Source: an uncultured delta proteobacterium (lineage in GTDB: Bacteria > Desulfobacterota > Binatia > Binatales > Binataceae). Taken from it: a stretch of DNA of 64,000 nt. A model generated the notes under the pieces. The model was given only the letters and a program-made list of their open reading frames with translations, did no database searches and had not been told where the DNA came from. A program made the translations under genes and the position numbers. Below are positions 49,330 through 57,999 of this stretch, piece after piece. Location: NCBI GenBank assembly GCA_963774665.1, contig CAVZGB010000020.1, positions 226,797 to 290,796 of the forward strand. The letters are read 5' to 3'. Position 1 is the stretch's first letter. Each line of letters starts with the position of its first letter.

Positions 49330-51443
49330 GGCTGCCCCCCTAACGCTCCCAAAACGCGGTCGGGCGTCAGCGGCAGGTGAGGAACGCGCACACCGATTGC
49401 ATTGGCCACTGCGTTAGAAATGGCCGCTCCCGGTGAGATGACAGCGGCCTCACCACATCCCACAATTCCGCGCTCGTCATATCCCTTGCCCGACATCAGA
49501 TGAACGACAAGGTCGCCGATGTCGCCGATCCCACAAAGCCGATAGAACTCGATATTCGAATTCAGCATGCACCCGAGATTCTGATCCATGATCTTCTCTT
49601 CGTAGAGGGCGTAGCCGATTCCCATGGTCAGCGAGCCATAGCATTGGCTCAGCGTTGTTTTGCGGTCGATAATCAGTCCGCAATCCTGCACGGCAACGAT
49701 TTTGTCGATACTCACTACCCCCGTCTCGACATCCACTGAGACCTCGGCCATTTGCACGCCGCCGACACCGCTGGAATTCAAATCGCCAGGACCCGGGTTG
49801 GCTCCGTGAGTTGTCATGGGCAAGGCCCCGAGCGTCGAGCAGGCCTGTTTCCAAGTGATCTTGGTGTTACCGGCGGCGATCATGCCCCCCGCGGCGCTGA
49901 GGGTATTCGCCTGGACTCCGAGAGATGGAGCGACTTTCGCGAACAAAGCGTTGAGGGCGTCGACTGCAGCGCGTCTGGCGGCCGATCCCATGCCGCCCGC
50001 GGTCCCGCTTCCGCCCGAGCCGGCGGAAGCCGGAAACGCACTGTTCCCCACTTGAATCTGAATATCTCCTGGCTGCAGGCCGAACGTCTCGGCCACTACG
50101 ATCGCGATGACGGTACGCGTACCCGTCCCGATGTCCTGCGTCCCGGAAGAGATCACGACGGATCCATCTGGATTGATTGTGAGCGCACACGACGCTGGGT
50201 GTGCGGTACCGGTCCAGGTATGAAATGATAGACCGACTCCCGGCAGAATCCCCTTCCCGCCGTTCTTATTTCTTGGCCGCCACTTGGCTTTCCAGTCCAT
50301 GAGTTGAGCGGCGGTGTCGAATTCTTCTTTGTAAACTTGCGCTCGCGGACCAGCCAACTTCAGATTCTTTAGGACAAGATCGAGCGGATCCTGCCCCAAC
50401 TTGTCCGCCAAATCGTCCAGGGCGCACATTGTGAGAAAGCATGCCTGTGGATGGCGCGGCGCGCGCATCGAGCGCGCACTGCCGATGTTGTTCACGATCG
50501 TGGTGTGCTGATTCCTTTGATTGGGGATTTTCAGGATGTAGGGCAGGGGAAACTCGGCGCCGCCAGTCATTCCACCGGTGCTCCACGTGGTCGCCTGCCA
50601 GGCGGTCAAATTGCCGTGCTTGTCAGAGCCGATCTTAATCGTCCCGTAAGCGGAGGGCCGACAGCCCGCGGTCTGCTGCTCGGTGTGGCGATCTATCACC
50701 AAGCGCACGGGCGCTCCCCCGGCTTGCTTGGACAATTGCGCCGCCGCCAGTCCCCATCGGTCCGCGGCCAGCTTTGCTCCGAAGCCGCCGCCTTCGTATT
50801 CGGCGTGTACTTGAATCTTGCTGGCCGGCAGATTCAGGGCTTTGCTCAGTTGAGTCACAATTCCCGACACCGATTGCGTCGAGATGTGGACGTCGAGCGA
50901 GGAATCGGTCCACGTCGCCACGCTGCCGTGCGGCTCGAGGCAACAATGAGTGATGACAGGCATCGAGTAGGTTTGCTCGATCACGGCGGCAGCCTGTTGA
51001 AAAGCGGAATCGACATCTCCAACGTTTTCCGGCTGCATCGGCTGCGAGAAACCCGCGGGCGGATTCGGGTTCGAGTCCGTCACCAGATGCGGCAACTCCT
51101 GGTAGCTGACCTTGACCGCCTTGGCAGCCTGCGCGGCGGACAGTTCGTCCAGGGCCGCCACCGCAACTACGTCGTCGCCTGCCCAGAAGATCTCGGTTCC
51201 CGGCTTCTGGATCACGTACACCGCCTTGCATCCCGGGGTTTTTGCAGCCGCCTTGGTGTCGATGCTTACGATTTTCGCATGAGCGTGGGGGCATCGCACC
51301 GTAGTCGCGTACAACATGCCGGGCAAGTTGACGTCGGTCGTGTACTGGGCCTTCCCCGACACTTTGAATGGCGAATCGACTCGGAGAACGTCGGTACCTA
51401 TTAACTTCCGATCGGCGGATGCGGGCCAGTCGTAGTCAACCAT
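49326..51443 (-). CDS. Molybdopterin-binding large subunit of a xanthine-dehydrogenase-family enzyme (CoxL/aldehyde oxidase-like)
   Basis: 705 aa with the aldehyde oxidase/xanthine dehydrogenase Mo-cofactor domain pattern. Confidence 0.9.
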   Translation of the reverse strand: MVDYDWPASADRKLIGTDVLRVDSPFKVSGKAQYTTDVNLPGMLYATTVRCPHAHAKIVSIDTKAAAKTPGCKAVYVIQKPGTEIFWAGDDVVAVAALDELSAAQAAKAVKVSYQELPHLVTDSNPNPPAGFSQPMQPENVGDVDSAFQQAAAVIEQTYSMPVITHCCLEPHGSVATWTDSSLDVHISTQSVSGIVTQLSKALNLPASKIQVHAEYEGGGFGAKLAADRWGLAAAQLSKQAGGAPVRLVIDRHTEQQTAGCRPSAYGTIKIGSDKHGNLTAWQATTWSTGGMTGGAEFPLPYILKIPNQRNQHTTIVNNIGSARSMRAPRHPQACFLTMCALDDLADKLGQDPLDLVLKNLKLAGPRAQVYKEEFDTAAQLMDWKAKWRPRNKNGGKGILPGVGLSFHTWTGTAHPASCALTINPDGSVVISSGTQDIGTGTRTVIAIVVAETFGLQPGDIQIQVGNSAFPASAGSGGSGTAGGMGSAARRAAVDALNALFAKVAPSLGVQANTLSAAGGMIAAGNTKITWKQACSTLGALPMTTHGANPGPGDLNSSGVGGVQMAEVSVDVETGVVSIDKIVAVQDCGLIIDRKTTLSQCYGSLTMGIGYALYEEKIMDQNLGCMLNSNIEFYRLCGIGDIGDLVVHLMSGKGYDERGIVGCGEAAVISPGAAISNAVANAIGVRVPHLPLTPDRVLGALGGQP

Positions 51444-52008
51444 GCGACCTCCTGCGTTTCGACTGGACTTTCGTCCGGCTCACAGCCAGCAGTGCTTCCG
51501 CGATGCCGGCATAGGTTCCGCAGCGGCAAAGATTTCCACACATACCTTTTTTAATTTCGTCCAGAGTCGGCGCCGAATTGTCGTCCAGAAACGCCTTCGC
51601 AGACATGACAAACCCGGAAGTGCAATAGCCGCATTGCGAGGCGTCCGCCTGCACGAATGCCTGCTGCAATGGATCGAGTTCGCCATTTTCTGCGAGCGAT
51701 TCTATCGTCGAAATTTCCAGATCCTGCGAATCGATCGCGAGCATCGAGCAGGCATACACGCGCCTTCCGCCCGCGATTACCGTACATGCGCCGCATGTCG
51801 CACGATCGCAGACCTGCTTTGCTCCGGTCAGTCCCAGTTTTTCCCGCAATACCTGGAGCAAGGTGAGGCATGGCTCCGCGGTCGCGGACATGGTCTGCCC
51901 GTTGATCTTCAATTGGATCGGAACGGGCCCGGGACCGAACGCCGGCGGGGCCGCCTTTCTCAGGCGCGCTTTTTTTCTTCCAATCGTCCTATGTTTTCGG
52001 ATTGCCAT
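51436..52008 (-). CDS. (2Fe-2S)-binding small subunit (CoxS family)
   Basis: CxxGxCGxC plant-type cluster and the second CxxC...CRCG cluster. Confidence 0.85.
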   Translation of the reverse strand: MAIRKHRTIGRKKARLRKAAPPAFGPGPVPIQLKINGQTMSATAEPCLTLLQVLREKLGLTGAKQVCDRATCGACTVIAGGRRVYACSMLAIDSQDLEISTIESLAENGELDPLQQAFVQADASQCGYCTSGFVMSAKAFLDDNSAPTLDEIKKGMCGNLCRCGTYAGIAEALLAVSRTKVQSKRRRSHG

Positions 52009-52231
52009 TCGATACTCCGCAGAAATTCCTTATCGAATCGATGCGCAAGCATGGCAGCGGACTCAGATCCCGGACCCCTCGCGAATGATCGCCCAGGAAC
52101 GATCGAGCAACAGTACCGACAGTTTCTCACGACGTTCATCTTGCCATCTGTCAGGGGAGCAATATCTCCCGGATGTATGATATTGATACCACAGATCAAC
52201 CGAAAAAACGGAGCGGGATGGGAGCCAATCC

Positions 52232-53905
52232 ATGCCTTATGATCCGCCTCGGCAAAGGGACCCGCAAAGGACCCAGGATCCTCTAGAGATCGAATTGGTG
52301 TATTGCGTTCGGTCCTGCGGGACGTGCGAGTTTTTTTGGCCCGAACATTCGCCGCAGCCTTACGGACCGTACCCGACTTACGATTTCACATCGAACACGC
52401 CTGCGGAGAAGGGACCCGAAGGAAGATCGAATTCGTTTGTTTGGCTCGCGGGGGTTACACGCCCACCGGCGTTTCCCGACGCCGAAGTTATGGACGGCTG
52501 TCGCAAAGCTCCCATAATGACGATCGGGATCAACCCCAACCTTACCGCTTTCGCCTCGGGAAAGACTGGTGCGTCATGGTGTTACCCCAGTTTTTCCAGC
52601 GCTGATAGCACGGATTCCTGGACCAAATACGCCTACTACTATAGGTACCGATCAGTCTATCAGGAGCATTTCGATCTGAAGTTTATCGAGCCGTATCTGC
52701 TTTCGGAGGGATCGATTCGAGCTGCTAAAGCGGGCGTGATGCAGGAATTTCCTCGGGGCAGTGACGACCCATCCTACGAAATCCGCGTGCAGTACGACGG
52801 CGACCCGAATCCGACCGCTATTCACCTTCCAGGCAAGATGGGACAGCCGCGGTACGTAGTGCTAGTCGATGCGAACGCGAGATTCCAGAAAGACGACCTT
52901 CTCGCCGCCCCGTTGGACGTTCCAAGCGGTCAGAAGGTGGACGTTTACGGGCAGCCCATTGGCTACTACATGCAGATGGCTCCGGTGCTCTCCGCCTTCG
53001 AGGCCTTCCTGAAGGAGCAGGGGCACGACAGCGCGCGTCTTCAAATCGGAGAGGATGTCGGACAGCTGGACATGGTTGCTTGTGCGTCGCCGCATTGGGG
53101 GCCGCAGTGGCTCGGGGGAACGAGCCAGAGCGTCAATACGATTATTTCCAACTGCGTCCACAAGAACGCCTGGGCGATGAAGCAATTGGTGCAGACCCGT
53201 CCGGCGGTCTTGTTTCTGGTCGGACAGGCCTCATGGAATATGTTCCGCCAATCTTTCGGCCATCTGATTCGCTCGCAGACGCCGCTCCCGACGCTTCCCG
53301 AAGATGGACCATTCACGCTGCTGCGGATGACTACTCAGCAGGAGTGCCGGCTGGAATTTTCCACAAAGATCGACGCAGAGGAGTACACGCTCTCGACTCG
53401 ACTGGTCATCACGCCGCATTTTTCGTACAACGAAAACTTCGTGCCTCAATTCCGCATGAGCGCACAGGCCTTTGAAGCTTTCGAAAAGCAATATCCTCCC
53501 GCGGCAGATTTTCTCCAAAAGGACCCGCGAATCAATTTTCAGAAAGTGCCCGGAAGCTTCGTGGCAGCGGGCATGGACAAGGACTCTGCAGTTGTCCTGA
53601 GTGAGATCAAACAGAAATATCCAGCCGCCGCTGCCGAGCTAATGCCAAATCTCTACGACCCGCACGAGATGATGACTGCTGTATTGAAAAGCATGTACGG
53701 GAAAGAGCTGACCTACACCGAGTCGAAAGACGGGGCCTCGGGATTCCTGGCGCGCACCATCGGCCCCTGCGCGTTCTGCGTAAATGACCATTGGAAATTC
53801 CCCAAGGGTTGTCCATACGGCAAACCGGATGAGAAACAGTACCCAATCGGCTTTTTGGAAAAAGTCACTGCGACCATGCTCGCGGGCAGCGGCGTGACAA
53901 TCTGA
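52232..53905 (+). CDS. Hypothetical 557-aa protein with no recognisable family
   Basis: Long ORF with a GGGAG ribosome-binding site and consistent codon usage. It has an N-terminal CVRSCGTC cluster and a C-terminal CAFC...C cluster. It lies 73 nt upstream of the PNP-fold gene. Confidence 0.6.
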   Translation: MPYDPPRQRDPQRTQDPLEIELVYCVRSCGTCEFFWPEHSPQPYGPYPTYDFTSNTPAEKGPEGRSNSFVWLAGVTRPPAFPDAEVMDGCRKAPIMTIGINPNLTAFASGKTGASWCYPSFSSADSTDSWTKYAYYYRYRSVYQEHFDLKFIEPYLLSEGSIRAAKAGVMQEFPRGSDDPSYEIRVQYDGDPNPTAIHLPGKMGQPRYVVLVDANARFQKDDLLAAPLDVPSGQKVDVYGQPIGYYMQMAPVLSAFEAFLKEQGHDSARLQIGEDVGQLDMVACASPHWGPQWLGGTSQSVNTIISNCVHKNAWAMKQLVQTRPAVLFLVGQASWNMFRQSFGHLIRSQTPLPTLPEDGPFTLLRMTTQQECRLEFSTKIDAEEYTLSTRLVITPHFSYNENFVPQFRMSAQAFEAFEKQYPPAADFLQKDPRINFQKVPGSFVAAGMDKDSAVVLSEIKQKYPAAAAELMPNLYDPHEMMTAVLKSMYGKELTYTESKDGASGFLARTIGPCAFCVNDHWKFPKGCPYGKPDEKQYPIGFLEKVTATMLAGSGVTI

Positions 53906-53978
53906 CGCTTCAGACTTGACCGCGGAGCAATTGTGAAGATCCTGCTGGCTACGTCACTTACTCAGGAGGAACCAGGCC

Positions 53979-55127
53979 ATGATGATTGATCGAGCATGGG
54001 TCAAACGGAATCTCGGCTTCGATCCGATCGCAACGCCCGCGCCAGCTTCAACCTTCTCGTTCGCGAGGGCCGAGCGTACCTCCAGTGTCGAGGACCTGCA
54101 GAGAGAGATCATCGATTTCGATTCCGAGGCGCCGGAAGGAAAGGAGTTCCTTGCTTTCACAACCGCGACTGGACTCTCACGATATACCGACGTGCCGTGG
54201 CCCACGGGACTTGCGCCCAAACCTGACAAGACGGCATCCGTGGGTTCTGGCGGTGGTCTGCCGACGGCAGACGTGCTGGTGGTTACGTGGACCGTCGACG
54301 AAGGTCATGCGCTGAGCCGCGTGCTTACGCCCGGCAAGGATTCGCGAAACGACTATCTTCCCTACACCCACAATTTCGCATCCATCTCCACAAAGATGCG
54401 CCCGGGCTGCCCTGCGCTCGAGCTCAAACGCCTCGGTACATATTGGACCACAAAGATCGGCGCGAAGAGCGTCGTTGTCTTCAAATCAGATTCGCATATG
54501 TCGCAGGATGGCCCGAAGCTTCCGAATATAGACGTGTGGAGTCAAATCATCAGCGAGGTGCAGCCGAAAATCGTCATCACCACTGGCACCGCCGGTGGAA
54601 TCGGCAAGCAATTCGAGGTCGGCGACGTGGTGGTCAGCCCGATTGTGCGCTTCGATTGTATCTCGAAGTTTAAGAGCGAGCCGTTCCACGACGCTCATTA
54701 TTCGAGCGTCGCGCCGAAAACCAAATACCTCGCCACCGCGAAAACGCTTTTCAAGGCGAATTCGGGGCAATTGCCGAAGGAAAACACCCGTCCGCCAAAT
54801 ATCGTGCGAGTCGCGCCTACCGCACTCACATCGTCGGTTATGACCACTGATTTCTTCGGGTTCGATACCTCAGACAATCATTATCACCTTCAGAAGATGG
54901 CTGATGTGTCAGAAATGGGAGACGCTGTACTTGGGCTCGTCGCCAGTCGGATGGGGGACAAGGCTCCACGCTGGGTTGCGGTGCGCAACGTGTCGGATCC
55001 ACAGATAAAGGCCGAGGGTACTCTCAGACAACAGGCTCAGATCGCGGCGCAGATCTACAAAGGATTCGGCCGCTGGAGTTCGGTTTGTAGTGCGATCGTG
55101 TGCTGGGCGCTGATCGCAGCAGAGTAG
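53979..55127 (+). CDS. PNP_UDP_1-fold (purine nucleoside phosphorylase / MTA-nucleosidase-like) protein with a ~100-aa N-terminal extension
   Basis: Aligns with MtnN-type blocks: ADVLVVTWTVDEGHAL (beta-1), KIVITTGTAGGIG (cf. INTGSAGGLA), VGDVVVSP, MADVSEMGDAVLGLVA (cf. AVEMEATAIA) and WVAVRNVSD (cf. VVVRAISD). CAGGAGG ribosome-binding site. Confidence 0.7.
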   Translation: MMIDRAWVKRNLGFDPIATPAPASTFSFARAERTSSVEDLQREIIDFDSEAPEGKEFLAFTTATGLSRYTDVPWPTGLAPKPDKTASVGSGGGLPTADVLVVTWTVDEGHALSRVLTPGKDSRNDYLPYTHNFASISTKMRPGCPALELKRLGTYWTTKIGAKSVVVFKSDSHMSQDGPKLPNIDVWSQIISEVQPKIVITTGTAGGIGKQFEVGDVVVSPIVRFDCISKFKSEPFHDAHYSSVAPKTKYLATAKTLFKANSGQLPKENTRPPNIVRVAPTALTSSVMTTDFFGFDTSDNHYHLQKMADVSEMGDAVLGLVASRMGDKAPRWVAVRNVSDPQIKAEGTLRQQAQIAAQIYKGFGRWSSVCSAIVCWALIAAE

Positions 55128-55375
55128 GGCGCGCGATATCAAAAAGGCGGGTTAACATACCCGACTAGGTTCTGCGCCCACTCGCCGAGTTCTTCCCGCT
55201 GCTCGCGAGCAATGTCGAGCGGCGGGGAAAGCCCTCTTTGAAAATTTGCCGGTAAGTTTCGGGTTTTTCGGGAAAAGGAAAGGCTTCGTTATCTCGAAGT
55301 CGGTGCAAATGCGCAGCTTTTTGGCGGCTTGATATTTGCAAATTGATATCAGTCCCTAGTTGGAGGGCGAAAATC

Positions 55376-55750
55376 GTGAAGCCCAAACCCACTGATGAAC
55401 GACTGGTGCTGGTAGTCGATGACGATTCCTGTATCCGCGAAAGTATGTCGGAACTGCTTCATACGAAAGGTTTTTCGGTCTTGGAGGCTGAGAACGGTCA
55501 AAGGGCGCTGGATATATTGAAAAAAGCTCCGCACTTCCCGTGTTTGGTGGTGTTGGATATGGCAATGCCGATCATGGATGGTCGCGGATTTCTTAAGCGG
55601 CGTGCTCACGACGCTGCCTTGCGCGATATTCCGGTGGTGGTGGTCACCGCAAACCTACAGTCGGGAGCACCGCTTCGGGGAATCGATGGTTATTTCAGGA
55701 AGCCGGTTAACGTTGACCGGTTGATCGAAGTCATCGATCAGCACTGCTGA
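55376..55750 (+). CDS. Orphan single-domain response regulator (receiver domain only)
   Basis: LVLVVDDD...D (phospho-acceptor in VVLDMAMP)...T...K receiver pattern. GTG start with a GGAGGG ribosome-binding site. Confidence 0.75.
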   Translation: MKPKPTDERLVLVVDDDSCIRESMSELLHTKGFSVLEAENGQRALDILKKAPHFPCLVVLDMAMPIMDGRGFLKRRAHDAALRDIPVVVVTANLQSGAPLRGIDGYFRKPVNVDRLIEVIDQHC

Positions 55751-55770
55751 AGTCGCTTTCTGGTCCCGCT

Positions 55771-56536
55771 TCAGTCGGGATACTCGGCCGACCCCTGCAC
55801 CCATAGAAATGATTGGATATCAATCATGTCTCTCGGCTTCAGGTCCGAGAGATCCCGTCGGACCAGCGCGGCAAAATCCAGTACATGTCTATAGCTCTGC
55901 CACGAAGGTCGCGAAACATAATGTAGCGGGTATCCATACATATGGGCGGCGACGCGCGTAACAGTAGGCTTATAGAAAAAATGGAGGCGGGGGAGAGCGA
56001 TAAATCCAAAGACAGTGACAATCGGCCAGGTGAGCACGCGGGTCTTGACCCGCGGCAGCGAAGCAACCACGTCGCACCAACGTTCAAACTTGTCTTCGTC
56101 GCGACCGTGGCCATAGACGAGATCGTGCAAGCCGTGGGCAAACGCGGCTGCACCCGCCTTCGTTCTGACAGCATCGCGCAAGGCCATTTTTTCGAATGAA
56201 AAAATAAGGTTGGTGCGTGATTCTATTCGAACCGCGCGCAGCGCAATTTCTTCGAACTTATTCGCACGCAATAGCAACATGAACTCTTGATGGTTGAGCA
56301 TCGCGTTCCAACTGCGATGTGCTGCGACCTTATAGTCGCGCTCCCAGGCCAGGTAGTTGTCGTCCATGAACCCGTCCGGGAAGTATCTGAGGAATTTCCG
56401 ACGACAGCGAAGAGCGCCGCTCGATTGCAGGACCTTGTTCTTGTCGGCGTCGGCCCTGGCGGTCCGTAAGTGATGTGCACGAATCGCAGCTTTGGTGGTT
56501 TGACCTGAGGTTTGGGTCTTCATGTCCAGTCTCATC
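55771..56536 (-). CDS. Hypothetical protein
   Basis: ORF runs to 56814, but Met 56536 is the first Met after the Arg-rich N-terminal tract. No recognisable domain. Confidence 0.35.
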
Positions 56537-56667
56537 GATGACTCGAGGGGAAAGATTCCTGTTTCGCGGATCGCGCGAACAACTGCTGAATAAATTTGCC
56601 TCAAAATCAAAAGATAACCACTATTTTTACAGAGCGCGTCGCATGCTTCGGCAACAGGAGGCCACTC

Positions 56668-56961
56668 ATGGATCGCGACGTTTGGAGCAGCCATCAATGG
56701 GCCAGCGCCCGCGGACGCCGGGTAGAGATCGAGTCCGGTAATCCTCTGGTACAGCGGCACTGCACCCGATGCGCGCGTGATTTCGTCGAAGACCCCGCGA
56801 GCGGTGTGAGGCACGGCGTCTTTGTCTCGGTATTCAGCTTTCGGATGCTACCCGACCACATCAATCAACAGTGGCTTGCCGAGATGTGTCCGGGAGCACC
56901 GCTTCCTATCGACGTCGCAATCCGCGGCAAACTGATCGAACACAGAATCCGCAAATCGTGA
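56668..56961 (+). CDS. Small hypothetical Cys-containing protein
   Basis: 97 aa with an AGGAGG ribosome-binding site 6 nt upstream. Confidence 0.35.
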   Translation: MDRDVWSSHQWASARGRRVEIESGNPLVQRHCTRCARDFVEDPASGVRHGVFVSVFSFRMLPDHINQQWLAEMCPGAPLPIDVAIRGKLIEHRIRKS

Positions 56962-57327
56962 CCAGAACGTGTGACGCCGCTAAGCGCTGCGCATCTTGTA
57001 CGTAGTGGCGAAGGCTCGCGCTATAGACAGCTCGTCGTTTGCCTGGCTCCTTGGCGCGTCGGTACGCGCCCAGCGACCCCACTCTCACTATCGGGAGGGG
57101 AAACGCTCAATTCTTAGAAAGCTAACTGTCAGCTAAATTTGTCGACAACAGCATCTTGTTCTCGTTACGTGCAATTATTTGACATAAATCTTGTGTTACA
57201 TTAGCTAAGGCTCGAATATCTGTGTAGTGTTTCTTCTGGTCGTTTCTAGAACACTGCGAGGGGAAGATCACTCTCCACCGAAACGCGTTGCGCGAGGGTG
57301 ACCCTTCAGGCGCGGGGAGGAACTCGA

Positions 57328-57981
57328 GTGAAAAATTGCCTAGCTGCGGTCTTCTCGGCCGTCGTAATGTTTGCGTGGGCGGCGTCAGCGGCTGCGGTCG
57401 ACGGCACGATCGAAATCAACCTGGCGAAAGTGCTTGCGAACGGCGGATTTCCCTATGTCATCACCACGAGCGGAAGCTACCGTCTGACAGGGAATCTTAC
57501 AGTTTCGAGCACCAGCGCCGACGCGATCGACGTAAATGCCAACGACGTGACCATCGACTTGAACGGATTCTCGATCGTTGGGCCCGGCGGCTCGACCAGC
57601 GGAAACGGAATTTCTGCAGCTAGCGTGGTCGACGTCACGGTGCAGAACGGAACGATAACCGGGTTCGGAGGCTCTGCAGCTATTCGAGCCGGCAAAAACA
57701 GCATCGTCAGAAACGTGCATGCCGGCTCAAACGGAAACGGCATCGTCGCCGGGAGTGGGAGCGTAATCTCGGAGAATATCGCACACGACAACAGCAGCAC
57801 GGGGATTAATTGCAATGGATCAGGATGCGCCATCTCCGGAAACACTGCACTTGACAACACTCAAGGCATCTCAGCGAATGACGCCACCACCGGTTACGAA
57901 GGCAACGTGCTGAAAAACGCCACAAATGTATCCGGTGGTACCTCGATGAAAAACAATGTTTGCGCCGGATCCGCTTGCTGA
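57328..57981 (+). CDS. Secreted right-handed parallel beta-helix repeat protein
   Basis: GGGGAGG ribosome-binding site then GTG, a signal peptide, and Gly/Asn/Ser-rich repeats ('NG.I...') typical of pectate-lyase-like beta-helices. Confidence 0.6.
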   Translation: MKNCLAAVFSAVVMFAWAASAAAVDGTIEINLAKVLANGGFPYVITTSGSYRLTGNLTVSSTSADAIDVNANDVTIDLNGFSIVGPGGSTSGNGISAASVVDVTVQNGTITGFGGSAAIRAGKNSIVRNVHAGSNGNGIVAGSGSVISENIAHDNSSTGINCNGSGCAISGNTALDNTQGISANDATTGYEGNVLKNATNVSGGTSMKNNVCAGSAC

Positions 57982-57999
57982 GGATTCCGGATCTGCGCA

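Noticed and set aside
52232-53905. Radical-SAM assignment for the 557-aa protein, based on the N-terminal CVRSCGTC (CxxxCxxC)
   Set aside because: No aromatic residue precedes the third Cys, no GGE/ribose motif follows, there is no downstream glycine-rich SAM-binding pattern, and the C-terminal Cys spacing does not fit SPASM/twitch. It is treated as an unclassified metal-binding cluster.
52232-55750. Calling the locus a Detocs defence system
   Set aside because: Detocs requires a sensor histidine kinase and a receiver domain fused to the effector. Neither is present, so only the loose analogy (PNP-fold protein near a receiver-only protein) is reported.
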